Under the pieces are notes generated by a model. The model did no database searches. It was not told where the DNA came from and was given only the letters and a program-made list of their open reading frames with translations. Shown in pieces: positions 15,001-27,632 of a stretch of DNA of 64,000 nucleotides (its first letter is position 1; every line of letters begins with the position of its first letter). The position numbers and the translations under genes are program-made. Source of the stretch: Yuukianura sp. NJ FZ-2021 (taxonomy: Eukaryota); assembly GCA_046563655.1 (NCBI GenBank), contig JAJCTO010000010.1:248001-312000 (forward strand), given 5' to 3'.

Positions 15001-18000
15001 GTGAGATAGATATCGTGACTTGTACGTTCCGAGGTCATTCTGTCAATTAAAGTTCATACCATTAACAAATGCTACATGAGTCCTCTTGGATCAAGAAAAA
15101 TTACCTCGAAATAGACTTTTTAACAGAGAAAGTTGAAAGCACTAATATCGCAAGTTTCATAAATTAAGCCAGTGATATAGATATCGTGACTTGCACGTTC
15201 CGAGGTCATTCTGTCAATGAAAGTTCATATTATTAACAAATGCTACATGAGTCCTCCTGGATGAAGAAAAATTACCTCGAAATAGACTTTTTTAACGGAG
15301 AAAATTGAAAGCACTAATATGGCATCTTACAAAGATTAAGCGTCAACTGAACCCAGTGAGATAGATATCGTGACTTGCACGTTCCGAGGTCATTCTGTCA
15401 ATTAAAGTTCATATTATTAACAAATGCTACATGAGTCCTCCTGGATGAAGAAAAATTACCTCGAAATAGACTTTTTTAACGGAGAAAATTGAAAGCACTA
15501 ATATGGCATCTTACAAAAATTAAGCGTCAACTGAACCCAGTGAGATAGATATCGTGACTTGCACGTTCCGAGGTCATTCTGTCAATTAAAGTTCATATCA
15601 TTAACAAATGCTACATGAGTCCTCCTGGATGAAGAAAAATTACCTCGAAATAGACTTTTTTAACGGAGAAAATTGAAAGCACTAATATGGCATCTTACAA
15701 AAATTAAGCGTCAACTGAACCCAGTGAGATAGATATCGTGACTTGCACGTTCCGAGGTCATTCTGTCAATTAAAGTTCATATCATTAACAAATGCTACAT
15801 GAGTCCTCCTGGATGAAGAAAAATTACCTCGAAATAGACTTTTTTAACGGAGAAAATTGAAAGCACTAATATGGCATCTTACAAAGATTAAGCGTCAACT
15901 GAACCCAGTGAGATAGATATCGTGACTTGCACGTTCCGAGGTCATTCTGTCAATTAAAGTTCATATTATTAACAAATGCTACATGAGTCCTCCTGGATGA
16001 AGAAAAATTACCTCGAAATAGACTTTTTTAACGGAGAAAATTGAAAGCACTAATATGGCATCTTACAAAGATTAAGCGTCAACTGAACCCTGTGAGATAG
16101 ATATCGTGACTTGCACGTTCCGAGGTCATTCTGTCAATTAAAGTTCATATCATTAACAAATGCTACATGAGTCCTCCTGGATCAAGAAAAATTACCTCGA
16201 AATAGATTTTATTAACGGAGAAAATTGAAAGCACTAATATGGCATCTTACAAAAATTATGCGTCAACTGAACCCAGTGAGATAGATATCGTGTCTTGCAC
16301 GTTCCGAGGTCATTCTGTCAATGAAAGTTCATATCATTAACAAATGCTACATGAGTCCTCTTGGATCAAGAAAAATTACCTCGAAATTGACTTTTTCAAC
16401 GGAGAAAGTTGAAAGCACTAATATGGCATCTTACAAAAATTAAGCGTCAACTGAACCCAGTGAGATAGATATCGTGACTTGCACGTTCCGAGGTCATTCT
16501 GTCAATTAAAGTTCATATCATTAACAAATGCTACATGAGTCCTCCTGGATCAAGAAAAATTACCTCGAAATAGATTTTTTTAACGGAGAAAATTGAAAGC
16601 ACTAATATGGCATCTTACAAAAATTAAGTGTCAACTGAACCCAGTGAGATAGATATCGTGACTTGTACGTTCCGAGGTCATTCTGTCAATTAAAGTTCAT
16701 ACCATTAACAAATGCTACATGAGTCCTCTTGGATCAAGAAAAATTACCTCGAAATAGACTTTTTAACAGAGAAAGTTGAAAGCACTAATATCGCAAGTTT
16801 CATAAATTAAGCCAGTGATATAGATATCGTGACTTGCACGTTCCGAGGTCATTCTGTCAATGAAAGTTCATATTATTAACAAATGCTACATGAGTCCTCC
16901 TGGATGAAGAAAAATTACCTCGAAATAGACTTTTTTAACGGAGAAAATTGAAAGCACTAATATGGCATCTTACAAAGATTAAGCGTCAACTGAACCCAGT
17001 GAGATAGATATCGTGACTTGCACGTTCCGAGGTCATTCTGTCAATTAAAGTTCATATTATTAACAAATGCTACATGAGTCCTCCTGGATGAAGAAAAATT
17101 ACCTCGAAATAGACTTTTTTAACGGAGAAAATTGAAAGCACTAATATGGCATCTTACAAAAATTAAGCGTCAACTGAACCCAGTGAGATAGATATCGTGA
17201 CTTGCACGTTCCGAGGTCATTCTGTCAATTAAAGTTCATATCATTAACAAATGCTACATGAGTCCTCCTGGATGAAGAAAAATTACCTCGAAATAGACTT
17301 TTTAACGGAGAAAATTGAAAGCACTAATATGGCATCTTACAAAAATTAAGCGTCAACTGAACCCAGTGAGATAGATATCGTGACTTGCACGTTCCGAGGT
17401 CATTCTGTCAATTAAAGTTCATATCATTAACAAATGCTACATGAGTCCTCCTGGATCAAGAAAAATTACCTCGAAATAGATTTTTCTAACGGAGAAAATT
17501 GAAAGCACTAATATGGCATCTTACAAAGATTAAGCGTCAACTGAACCCAGTGAGATAGATATCGTGACTTGCACGTTCCGAGGTCATTCTGTCAATTAAA
17601 GTTCATATTATTAACAAATGCTACATGAGTCCTCCTGGATGAAGAAAAATTACCTCGAAATAGACTTTTTTAACGGAGAAAATTGAAAGCACTAATATGG
17701 CATCTTACAAAAATTAAGCGTCAACTGAACCCAGTGAGATAGATATCGTGACTTGCACGTTCCGAGGTCATTCTGTCAATTAAAGTTCATATCATTAACA
17801 AATGCTACATGAGTCCTCCTGGATGAAGAAAAATTACCTCGAAATAGACTTTTTTAACGGAGAAAATTGAAAGCACTAATATGGCATCTTACAAAAATTA
17901 AGCGTCAACTGAACCCAGTGAGATAGATATCGTGACTTGCACGTTCCGAGGTCATTCTGTCAATTAAAGTTCATATCATTAACAAATGCTACATGAGTCC

Positions 18001-21000
18001 TCCTGGATGAAGAAAAATTACCTCGAAATAGACTTTTTTAACGGAGAAAATTGAAAGCACTAATATGGCATCTTACAAAGATTAAGCGTCAACTGAACCC
18101 AGTGAGATAGATATCGTGACTTGCACGTTCCGAGGTCATTCTGTCAATTAAAGTTCATATTATTAACAAATGCTACATGAGTCCTCCTGGATGAAGAAAA
18201 ATTACCTCGAAATAGACTTTTTTAACGGAGAAAATTGAAAGCACTAATATGGCATCTTACAAAGATTAAGCGTCAACTGAACCCTGTGAGATAGATATCG
18301 TGACTTGCACGTTCCGAGGTCATTCTGTCAATTAAAGTTCATATCATTAACAAATGCTACATGAGTCCTCCTGGATCAAGAAAAATTACCTCGAAATAGA
18401 TTTTATTAACGGAGAAAATTGAAAGCACTAATATGGCATCTTACAAAAATTATGCGTCAACTGAACCCAGTGAGATAGATATCGTGTCTTGCACGTTCCG
18501 AGGTCATTCTGTCAATGAAAGTTCATATCATTAACAAATGCTACATGAGTCCTCTTGGATCAAGAAAAATTACCTCGAAATAGACTTTTTAACGGAGAAA
18601 GTTGAAAGCACTAATATGGCATCTTACAAAAATTAAGCGTCAACTGAACCCAGTGAGATAGATATCGTGACTTGCACGTTCCGAGGTCATTCTGTCAATT
18701 AAAGTTCATATCATTAACAAATGCTACATGAGTCCTCCTGGATCAAGAAAAATTACCTCGAAATAGATTTTTTTAACGGAGAAAATTGAAAGCACTAATA
18801 TGGCATCTTACAAAAATTAAGTGTCAACTGAACCCAGTGAGATAGATATCGTGACTTGTACGTTCCGAGGTCATTCTGTCAATTAAAGTTCATACCATTA
18901 ACAAATGCTACATGAGTCCTCTTGGATCAAGAAAAATTACCTCGAAATAGACTTTTTTAACAGAGAAAGTTGAAAGCACTAATATCGCAAGTTTCATAAA
19001 TTAAGCCAGTGATATAGATATCGTGACTTGCACGTTCCGAGGTCATTCTGTCAATTAAAGTTCATATTATTAACAAATGCTACATGAGTCCTCCTGGATG
19101 AAGAAAAATTACCTCGAAATAGACTTTTTAACGGAGAAAATTGAAAGCACTAATATGGCATCTTACAAAAATTAAGCGTCAACTGAACCCAGTGAGATAG
19201 ATATCGTGACTTGCACGTTCCGAGGTCATTCTGTCAATTAAAGTTCATATCATTAACAAATGCTACATGAGTCCTCCTGGATGAAGAAAAATTACCTCGA
19301 AATAGACTTTTTTAACGGAGAAAATTGAAAGCACTAATATGGCATCTTACAAAAATTAAGCGTCAACTGAACCCAGTGAGATAGATATCGTGACTTGCAC
19401 GTTCCGAGGTCATTCTGTCAATTAAAGTTCATATCATTAACAAATGCTACATGAGTCCTCCTGGATCAAGAAAAATTACCTCGAAATAGATTTTTCTAAC
19501 GGAGAAAATTGAAAGCACTAATATGGCATCTTACAAAGATTAAGCGTCAACTGAACCCAGTGAGATAGATATCGTGACTTGCACGTTCCGAGGTCATTCT
19601 GTCAATTAAAGTTCATATTATTAACAAATGCTACATGAGTCCTCCTGGATGAAGAAAAATTACCTCGAAATAGACTTTTTTAACGGAGAAAATTGAAAGC
19701 ACTAATATGGCATCTTACAAAAATTAAGCGTCAACTGAACCCAGTGAGATAGATATCGTGACTTGCACGTTCCGAGGTCATTCTGTCAATTAAAGTTCAT
19801 ATCATTAACAAATGCTACATGAGTCCTCCTGGATGAAGAAAAATTACCTCGAAATAGACTTTTTAACGGAGAAAATTGAAAGCACTAATATGGCATCTTA
19901 CAAAAATTAAGCGTCAACTGAACCCAGTGAGATAGATATCGTGACTTGCACGTTCCGAGGTCATTCTGTCAATTAAAGTTCATATCATTAACAAATGCTA
20001 CATGAGTCCTCCTGGATGAAGAAAAATTACCTCGAAATAGACTTTTTTAACGGAGAAAATTGAAAGCACTAATATGGCATCTTACAAAGATTAAGCGTCA
20101 ACTGAACCCAGTGAGATAGATATCGTGACTTGCACGTTCCGAGGTCATTCTGTCAATTAAAGTTCATATTATTAACAAATGCTACATGAGTCCTCCTGGA
20201 TGAAGAAAAATTACCTCGAAATAGACTTTTTTAACGGAGAAAATTGAAAGCACTAATATGGCATCTTACAAAGATTAAGCGTCAACTGAACCCTGTGAGA
20301 TAGATATCGTGACTTGCACGTTCCGAGGTCATTCTGTCAATTAAAGTTCATATCATTAACAAATGCTACATGAGTCCTCCTGGATCAAGAAAAATTACCT
20401 CGAAATAGATTTTATTAACGGAGAAAATTGAAAGCACTAATATGGCATCTTACAAAAATTATGCGTCAACTGAACCCAGTGAGATAGATATCGTGTCTTG
20501 CACGTTCCGAGGTCATTCTGTCAATGAAAGTTCATATCATTAACAAATGCTACATGAGTCCTCTTGGATCAAGAAAAATTACCTCGAAATAGACTTTTTT
20601 AACGGAGAAAGTTGAAAGCACTAATATGGCATCTTACAAAAATTAAGCGTCAACTGAACCCAGTGAGATAGATATCGTGACTTGCACGTTCCGAGGTCAT
20701 TCTGTCAATTAAAGTTCATATCATTAACAAATGCTACATGAGTCCTCCTGGATCAAGAAAAATTACCTCGAAATAGATTTTTTTAACGGAGAAAATTGAA
20801 AGCACTAATATGGCATCTTACAAAAATTAAGTGTCAACTGAACCCAGTGAGATAGATATCGTGACTTGTACGTTCCGAGGTCATTCTGTCAATTAAAGTT
20901 CATACCATTAACAAATGCTACATGAGTCCTCTTGGATCAAGAAAAATTACCTCGAAATAGACTTTTTTAACAGAGAAAGTTGAAAGCACTAATATCGCAA

Positions 21001-22314
21001 GTTTCATAAATTAAGCCAGTGATATAGATATCGTGACTTGCACGTTCCGAGGTCATTCTGTCAATGAAAGTTCATATTATTAACAAATGCTACATGAGTC
21101 CTCCTGGATGAAGAAAAATTACCTCGAAATAGACTTTTTTAACGGAGAAAATTGAAAGCACTAATATGGCATCTTACAAAGATTAAGCGTCAACTGAACC
21201 CAGTGAGATAGATATCGTGACTTGCACGTTCCGAGGTCATTCTGTCAATTAAAGTTCATATCATTAACAAATGCTACATGAGTCCTCCTGGATGAAGAAA
21301 AATTACCTCGAAATAGACTTTTTTAACGGAGAAAATTGAAAGCACTAATATGGCATCTTACAAAAATTAAGCGTCAACTGAACCCAGTGAGATAGATATC
21401 GTGACTTGCACGTTCCGAGGTCATTCTGTCAATTAAAGTTCATATCATTAACAAATGCTACATGAGTCCTCCTGGATCAAGAAAAATTACCTCGAAATAG
21501 ATTTTTCTAACGGAGAAAATTGAAAGCACTAATATGGCATCTTACAAAAATTAAGTGTCAACTGAACCCAGTGAGATAGATATCGTGACTTGCACGTTCC
21601 GAGGTCATTCTGTCAATTAAAGTTCATACCATTAACAAATGCTACATGAGTCCTCTTGGATCAATAAAAATTACCTCGAAATAGACTTTTTTAACAGAGA
21701 AAGTTGAAAGCACTAATATCGCAAGTTTCATAAATTAAGCGTCAAATTAACCCAGTGATATAGATATCGTGACTTGCACGTTCCGAGGTCATTCTGTCAA
21801 TGAAAGTTCATATCATTAACAAATGCTACATGAGTCCTCCTGGATGAAGAAAAATTACCTCGAAATAGACTTTTTTAACGGAGAAAATTGAAAGCACTTA
21901 TATGGCATCTTACAAAATTTAAGCGTCAACTTAACCCAGTGAGATAGATATCGTGACTTCCACGTTCCGAGGTCATTCTGTCAATGAAAGTTCATATCAT
22001 TAACAAATGCTACATGAGTCCTCTTGGATCAAGAAAAATTACCTCGAAATAAACTTTTTTAACGGAGAAAGTTGAAAGCACTAATATGGCATCTTACAAA
22101 AATTAAGCGTCAACTGAACCCAGTGAGATAGATATCGTGACTTCCACGTTCCGAGGTTATTCTGTCAATGAAAGTTCATATCGTTAACAAATGCTACATG
22201 AGTCCTCCTGGATCAAGAAAAATTACCTCCAAATAGACTTTTTTAACGGAGAAAATTGAAAGCACTAATATGGCATCTTACAAAAATTAAGCGTCAACTT
22301 AACCCAGTGAGATA
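1..22314. repeat. Satellite array of about 120-125 monomers: type A 184 bp and type B 172 bp, with higher-order repeats; runs off the left edge
   Basis: The anchor GATATCGTGACTT recurs at 35, 219, 403 and 575 (spacings 184, 184, 172). Type B has TATCGCAAGTTTCATAAAT(C/T)AAGCCAGTG where type A has TATGGCATCTTACAAA(A/G)ATTAAGCGTCAACTGAACCCAGTG. The ORF track has no ORFs here. The array ends at ...CCCAGTGAGATA (22314). Confidence 0.99.
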
Positions 22315-22353
22315 AGCTATAGTCAAGTAGAAGGGAACTTCCATATTTTCAAA

Positions 22354-23144
22354 ATGGCGTCCCTCCCCCACCCCCCGTGCACATGCCTCGACTTCGACAG
22401 GTTCAACATCCCCGTCACTTCTGGAATGCAGGTAAGAATTTTATTTTGTAAGAAAAAATTCGGCTTACAATTTTAAAAACTAATCTTGGTTTGTAAAATT
22501 TCTTTTTGTTTTTTAGATGTATCAGAAAACAACCAAACTACTGCGAGTTGGTTGAGGAAAAAGTCAGGCAGCAGCGAATGAAAATTTATTCCGAAAAAAA
22601 ACGTGCGGATGATGCCGAGGCAGCTCTGGCAGATGTTTTGAGCCAAATTCCGCAACGACGAACCAACACTGAGGAAGCTGCACCGAATCAACATAAGCGA
22701 CGGAGGACAGATTGCGATTTGAACCGAGCTAATCCTATACCGTCACGAAATTTGACCCCAGCAACTGCAGGACCTTCAAATTATTCGCAGCCGATTGCAG
22801 GACCATCACGGAATTCGCTTCCGCCAAGCTCAGGACCGTCACGGAATTTGCCAACTGCAGGACCGTCACGGAACTCGGTCCAGGCAACTGCAGGGCCGTC
22901 GTACAATCCACCAGAGCCGACTGCAGGGCCGTCACGATATGTAGTGCAGCCGTATGCAGGGCCGTCACACAATCCAACACAAGCAACTGCAGGGCCGTCG
23001 CGCAATACAGCACAACCGGCGGTAAGAAATCCAGAATGTGACAACTCTGCTCGACAACTTCAGGTCAGATTGCGACGTCTGACACAAGAAGAAGTTGACT
23101 CGGTCTACATTGATTCCGGGGAGGAGGAGGAGGCGGACAATTAG
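22354..23144 (+). CDS. Disordered protein with about 9 tandem (T/A)AGPS(R/H/Y)N repeats; probably two exons (intron 22432-22516) with a 1-nt frameshift in the C-run of exon 1
   Basis: ORF 22506-23144. ATG at 22354, CAG|GTAAGA donor, TTTTTTAG acceptor, AT-rich 3' region. Exon 1 joins the long ORF in frame only if one C is removed from 22361-22376. Confidence 0.6.
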
Positions 23145-23450
23145 TTTATGCTTTATTAAATTTTGAGTAAAATATTTTAAAACAAATTTCAATTAAAAAA
23201 AATCTGAAACTGTTAATATGTTACGACAATAAGCTGTGTATTACTTGGGATGTTGAGTTTTAAAAAAGTTTCAATGAAAAAGTTAATTACTTGTTTAAAA
23301 TATACATATGAGGTTACGAAATTTTTTGGAAAAATTAGGACTATTAAAATGTTTGACAATAAGCTCTTTTCTGATGTTTTTCGAATTTTGAATTCAAATT
23401 TTTTTTAAATATGTACATATGAGGTTAGGAAATTTTGGGAAGAAACTCTG

Positions 23451-23822
23451 TTAAAATGTTCGCATAATAAAAAAATAGATTGCATATTCTCCACACACTT
23501 GGGAGTTTGGGCTTTGAAGAGTCCGAATGTTTTCCACAATTGAAGTCTGGAGCCGAGATGCAAAGTTTGAAAAGGCCTTGTCGTAAAACTCCACACCCAT
23601 CCCGTACGAGTCGATGAATTTGAGGGAAGTCTTGGAATTTTCTCGAAACATGGCCACCCAATGACTTCCGGGAGATGTGGACGGATCCGAGTTGACAACC
23701 AGCAGCAGAGGATAACGCTGAACCTCAAGGTGATCCAAATAGTCACACGGAATGACTTGAAAGGTGGCCTGCGTCGGCTTCAAAAATGATGACAGGTAGG
23801 TGAAAATTTGTCGTGTCTCCAT
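23451..23822 (-). pseudogene. Adenain-like (adenovirus-type) cysteine protease 1; C-terminal frameshift in an A-run near 23470
   Basis: VVNSDPSTSPGSHWVA (His), FIDSYG (Asp), LQSPNSQVCGEY (Gln/Cys). It lies directly downstream of the capsid gene, as in Polintons. Confidence 0.92.
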
Positions 23823-23831
23823 CGTCTCTCT

Positions 23832-25147
23832 CTATCCGGTGGTGCTGGTTGCGCTGTAGTCTTTCCAAAAGACGTTCTTGCTCTTGTTCAATGTAGAGAA
23901 CTGCCTGGTATTCGGCGTAGACCATCACAGTAATAGCCTTGGCAACAGCCTTTTTGAATTTCAATTCAATTTTTACATTTCCATGTTTTGGAGGTGCAAA
24001 GCCTTCTCGAGTATGTCGCAAGTTGTAAATCATCAAAGGTTGTTTCTTATACTCGGCTCAGGTCATGTCAATTCCGACATCTTCGTTGGACATTCCCAGA
24101 CCGTAAAAGAGATTGTTGTAGAGCTGAATGTACTGATCTCCTTCCCAATCCAAATGCATTGCCAGAGATGAACTTTGATCTCCGTTGACAGTAACGTTGA
24201 GATGGTTAAAGTCAAAGTGAGAAAAATTGAAGGGATTCGTTGTGATTGTACCCATGTAGTCTTCCGATTCCAAAAGTCCAATTATAATTCTGTCCGGAAG
24301 GAGCCCACTCAGCAAATTTTCATTTATACTTTGCAAACTCCCAGGTCCAATCGTGTAAGTTTTGAGTTCCACCCGACGAAGAGGATATGTAATTGATCGT
24401 CCCAGTTCCCACTCTTTGAGGATTGACGTAACGAGTGAGGGAAGAAGAGTACATTAAACGCGTACATTAAAAGTACAAGCGATTAAACAAAATGCAGGTG
24501 AGGATCGTAGGAAGCTGATGATAATCAATTCCAGGAATCAGGAATTTGTTTTGGGCGAAAATGTCTCCAAATGGACGTCCGATCAACTCAACACTCTTGC
24601 TTCCCTTTGTCAAATCGAACCGAGTTTTATAACCATCCTCCACTGTTGTGCTCTTGCTGCTAGGATCCTTGTCTTTGTAGTATAGAGAACCCTGAGCTTG
24701 TGACTTTTTGAATTCCTTGTTGTAACCGAGTAGAGTTTCAAGGTAGCTTCGGTAGGCGTATTGATTTGAGGATGGTGTGATGAGAGTCTCATTGAAATAA
24801 ACGCTGAGTTGTTGAAACAGGGTATGGAGAAAATTGTTTGCAGGTGCGACAAGTTCCTCTGCCGTCAGAGCAGTTCCATTTTCAGCAACAATTCTTGCCT
24901 TGACGTACAATTTTGTTTCGGACAAGTCCAAAAAATGTGTATCATTTCCTTGAATGTAAAATTCGACGGGTGCCAAATGGTCCGCCAGCGATGTAATTGG
25001 ATGATACTCGGTTTGAATTGTAGACAAAAGGCTGACATCAAAAGCAGGTTCTTCAAACAAATTTGTCTCTGAACGGATAAAAGTGTTAGGAGCAGCCGGC
25101 ACTGAGGTTGTCCCTCCGTACCCTTTTGTTGTTGTTACGCGTGGCAT
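23832..25147 (-). pseudogene. Polinton/adintovirus major capsid protein 1 (double jelly-roll 'hexon'), frameshifted into 3-4 pieces
   Basis: ORFs 24467-25171 (EYHPITSL...VEFYI...LDLSETKLYVK...APANNFLHTLFQQ...YAYRSYLETLLGY), 24058-24372 (LPDRIIIGL...NPFNFSHFD) and 23743-24036 (GNVKIELKF...ITVMVYAEY). Last frame ends ...KNVFWKDY...TAG at 23832. Confidence 0.9.
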
Positions 25148-25148
25148 T

Positions 25149-25590
25149 TTAGAAAACGTACCTTGTTCCACCGACTCTCTTACGACTCTTTGTTCGGCGT
25201 CTCTTATTTCTTTTGCTTTTAGCCTTCTTTGACTTTTTTCGCGTTGGGCCGTATGCTGGTTTTCGTCGTAGTCGTTTGATGCCTCGTTTCCTTGACCTCA
25301 CACCTCGAATGCCCGAACCCGTCTGATTCATAACATCCCTACCCATACTCTTAAGTGCTTCCCAGCCGTGCGATTTCAGAGATTCCTTGATGGGTCTTTT
25401 GTTCAAAATAAAGTCAGAGGCGACACCTCCTACGGCATCTGCCGCATGTGGCAGTACGTACTGCTTAAGAAACGGAAAAAGCCGACGTGCAATTGCACCA
25501 AAAACTCCTCCAAGACCAGCCCCTGACGGGTCACGTAAATTAGAATAATTGATTCGACCAAAACCAACATTATAAACATAATTTTGACAT
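25149..25590 (-). CDS. Basic core (pVII-like) protein with adenain-type Gly-rich cleavage sites; likely 1-nt frameshift just after the ATG
   Basis: The frame upstream of ORF 25149-25406 reads ...PSGAGLGGVFGAIARRLFPFLK...NQTGSG, followed by an Arg/Lys-rich tail. It sits between penton and major capsid. Confidence 0.7.
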
Positions 25591-26636
25591 TTTATAAATT
25601 TTTATTTTGCTTTTTTTTTAACCTTTTTGACGACGAACCCCACTAAAGTAGATTGTGGTGGGGGAAAATCCACTACCAAATTGATTTTGTGAAAAAAATG
25701 AATCGACAGGAAAGTCTCTAGCACAATTGTAGGGGAGGGAGGCAGAGTGGTGTCCAGACGTTGACCTCATGTCTTCCGTTCGCGAAAGCGAAGTGTAGCC
25801 GTGAGGTTACCAAACTCAAATGGCATCCTCTCTCCCACCTCGTTCATTATATACAAATGAATAGTATAAAATTGAGATACGGCCAGCTGCATGTAGTGGG
25901 CATGAGTGAATTCATGAGAGTGTTGTTTTCGAAATTTTCCCTCATAGTTGACCACTCGAAGAATTGTTGCAAGAGCATCTCCAATGAATTGAGGCCGGAT
26001 TAGGTTGCAGTAGACGAAAAGTTTTGTTTGTCCAGCATTCAAAAAGACTGGATACGAGCTAATCTGAAAAAAACGCAAGGAGAAGCAGTGGGCCCGAGAG
26101 CTCCCGATAAACTCATTTTTTCAGCAGTGAAATAATCGACCTACCTGCCAGTGTCATACATCAAAACACTCAAAATTCACTACTGCATCGACTGAAGTCA
26201 ACCACTCACCGTTTGGAAACGATTAACAGCACTTAATGGTAAAAAACAATTTTCACTATTCTTAATCAGCTGAGCTGACGTGATTATACGAAATCCTCAT
26301 CCTTTCGGCATAAACGCCTGACGAATTCAACTTTGGAGCAGATTACACGAGAAACGTCTACTACTTTCTGTGATACCTCTTTCACCCGTTAATTTCATCC
26401 TGTGAACAGCAAATTAATCGGTTAACACGCCGAATCTGAAATTTCCGTCGTTTCCGAGGTTTGGCCACTCTCCACCTTTTTCCGAAAATTCCCGATTCAG
26501 GGATCCCTGTCTAATCCTCGGATAACCTAAAATCCCAATCTTAGGAACTCTATCTAATCCTTTGACAAGCAGATATCTCATCTTCTCCATCCTCGCGTCC
26601 TGCGTTGGAACCTCCGATTCAGGAGTTATTTGAAAA

Positions 26637-26909
26637 TTTCCAATTAAGGAATTCTCACTTCAGAGATTTGACAAAACAATTTCCAATTAAGGAATTCTCA
26701 CTTCAGAGATTTGACAAAACAATTTCCAATTAAGGAATTCTCACTTCAGAGATTTGACAAAACAATTTCCAATTAAGGAATTCTCACTTCAGAGATTTGT
26801 CAAAAACATTTTCCAATTAAGGAATTCTCGATTCAGAGATTAGTGAAAAACTATTTCCAATTAAGGAATTCTCACCTTAGAGATTTGTCAAAACAATTTC
26901 CAATTAAGA
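26637..26909 (+). repeat. About 6 copies of a 43-44 bp tandem repeat in the 5' region of the LINE
   Basis: CAATTAAGGAATTCTCACTTCAGAGATTTGACAAAACAATTTC at 26641, 26684, 26727, 26770 and onward; a partial dispersed copy at ~27481. Confidence 0.95.
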
Positions 26910-27632
26910 AGGAATCACACATGGCAACGGTGGGTCTCGTTTCGGCTCAAATTAATTAACTTTAGGGCCCTATAAGTATTCACAGGAATAACGCAGAAAT
27001 GTGTACGAGGACTCTAAAAATTCGTTATTATCAGTAGAATAAGTTATATTTCTCAGAATTTGCCTTTTTGTTCTGGAATGAGGTTAAAAATTGCATACAA
27101 CGTTCATTTTTTTCTACGCCTGTTATGATACAAAACTTCGGGAATTTGGTAAATATAACTTATGTACCATGGTCTTTCGGATTTTTAGACACATTAAACG
27201 CATTTTTAGGTCTTATAATAAAAAAGTTATAAGACAAAACAGATGTAATTCTGACATAATTCAACAATTTGCAAATATCGGCACTGAATTCAACCGTCTC
27301 CATGGGCACAAAGTTGTTGTTGAACCCATGGTTGTTTGAATTACTATCCTACGAAAAACTTTGGTTTGTCAACCATTGGAAACAGTGCCGACTTTTGCAA
27401 GTTTGAGCAGTGATTTTGCTTTGTTACTAACGGCAATAGCTGACACCAAATCGTAAACAAACGCTGCCTCTTACCCGTCCTTAAGGAATTCTCACTTCAG
27501 AGATCATATTTCCACTTCAGGAACTCCCAATCAAAGAACATTTTCGATCCAGGAATTTCTGCTTAAGGAACTGTTCTGTTCAAAGAATATTCCCGATCTT
27601 GGAATCCTGATTCTGGCTGGTAAATCAAGCTA

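Noticed and set aside
1..22314. CRISPR-like array or coding repeat
   Set aside because: Whole monomers repeat with no unique spacers, the context is eukaryotic, and there are no ORFs.
23200..23460. Imperfect ~110-130 bp duplication between convergent genes
   Set aside because: AT-rich and degenerate, with no evidence of function beyond local duplication.
27268..27401. Imperfect 18-bp inverted repeat (TTGCAAATATCGGCACTG / CAGTGCCGACTTTTGCAA) as a MITE
   Set aside because: No TSD or clear boundaries could be established.
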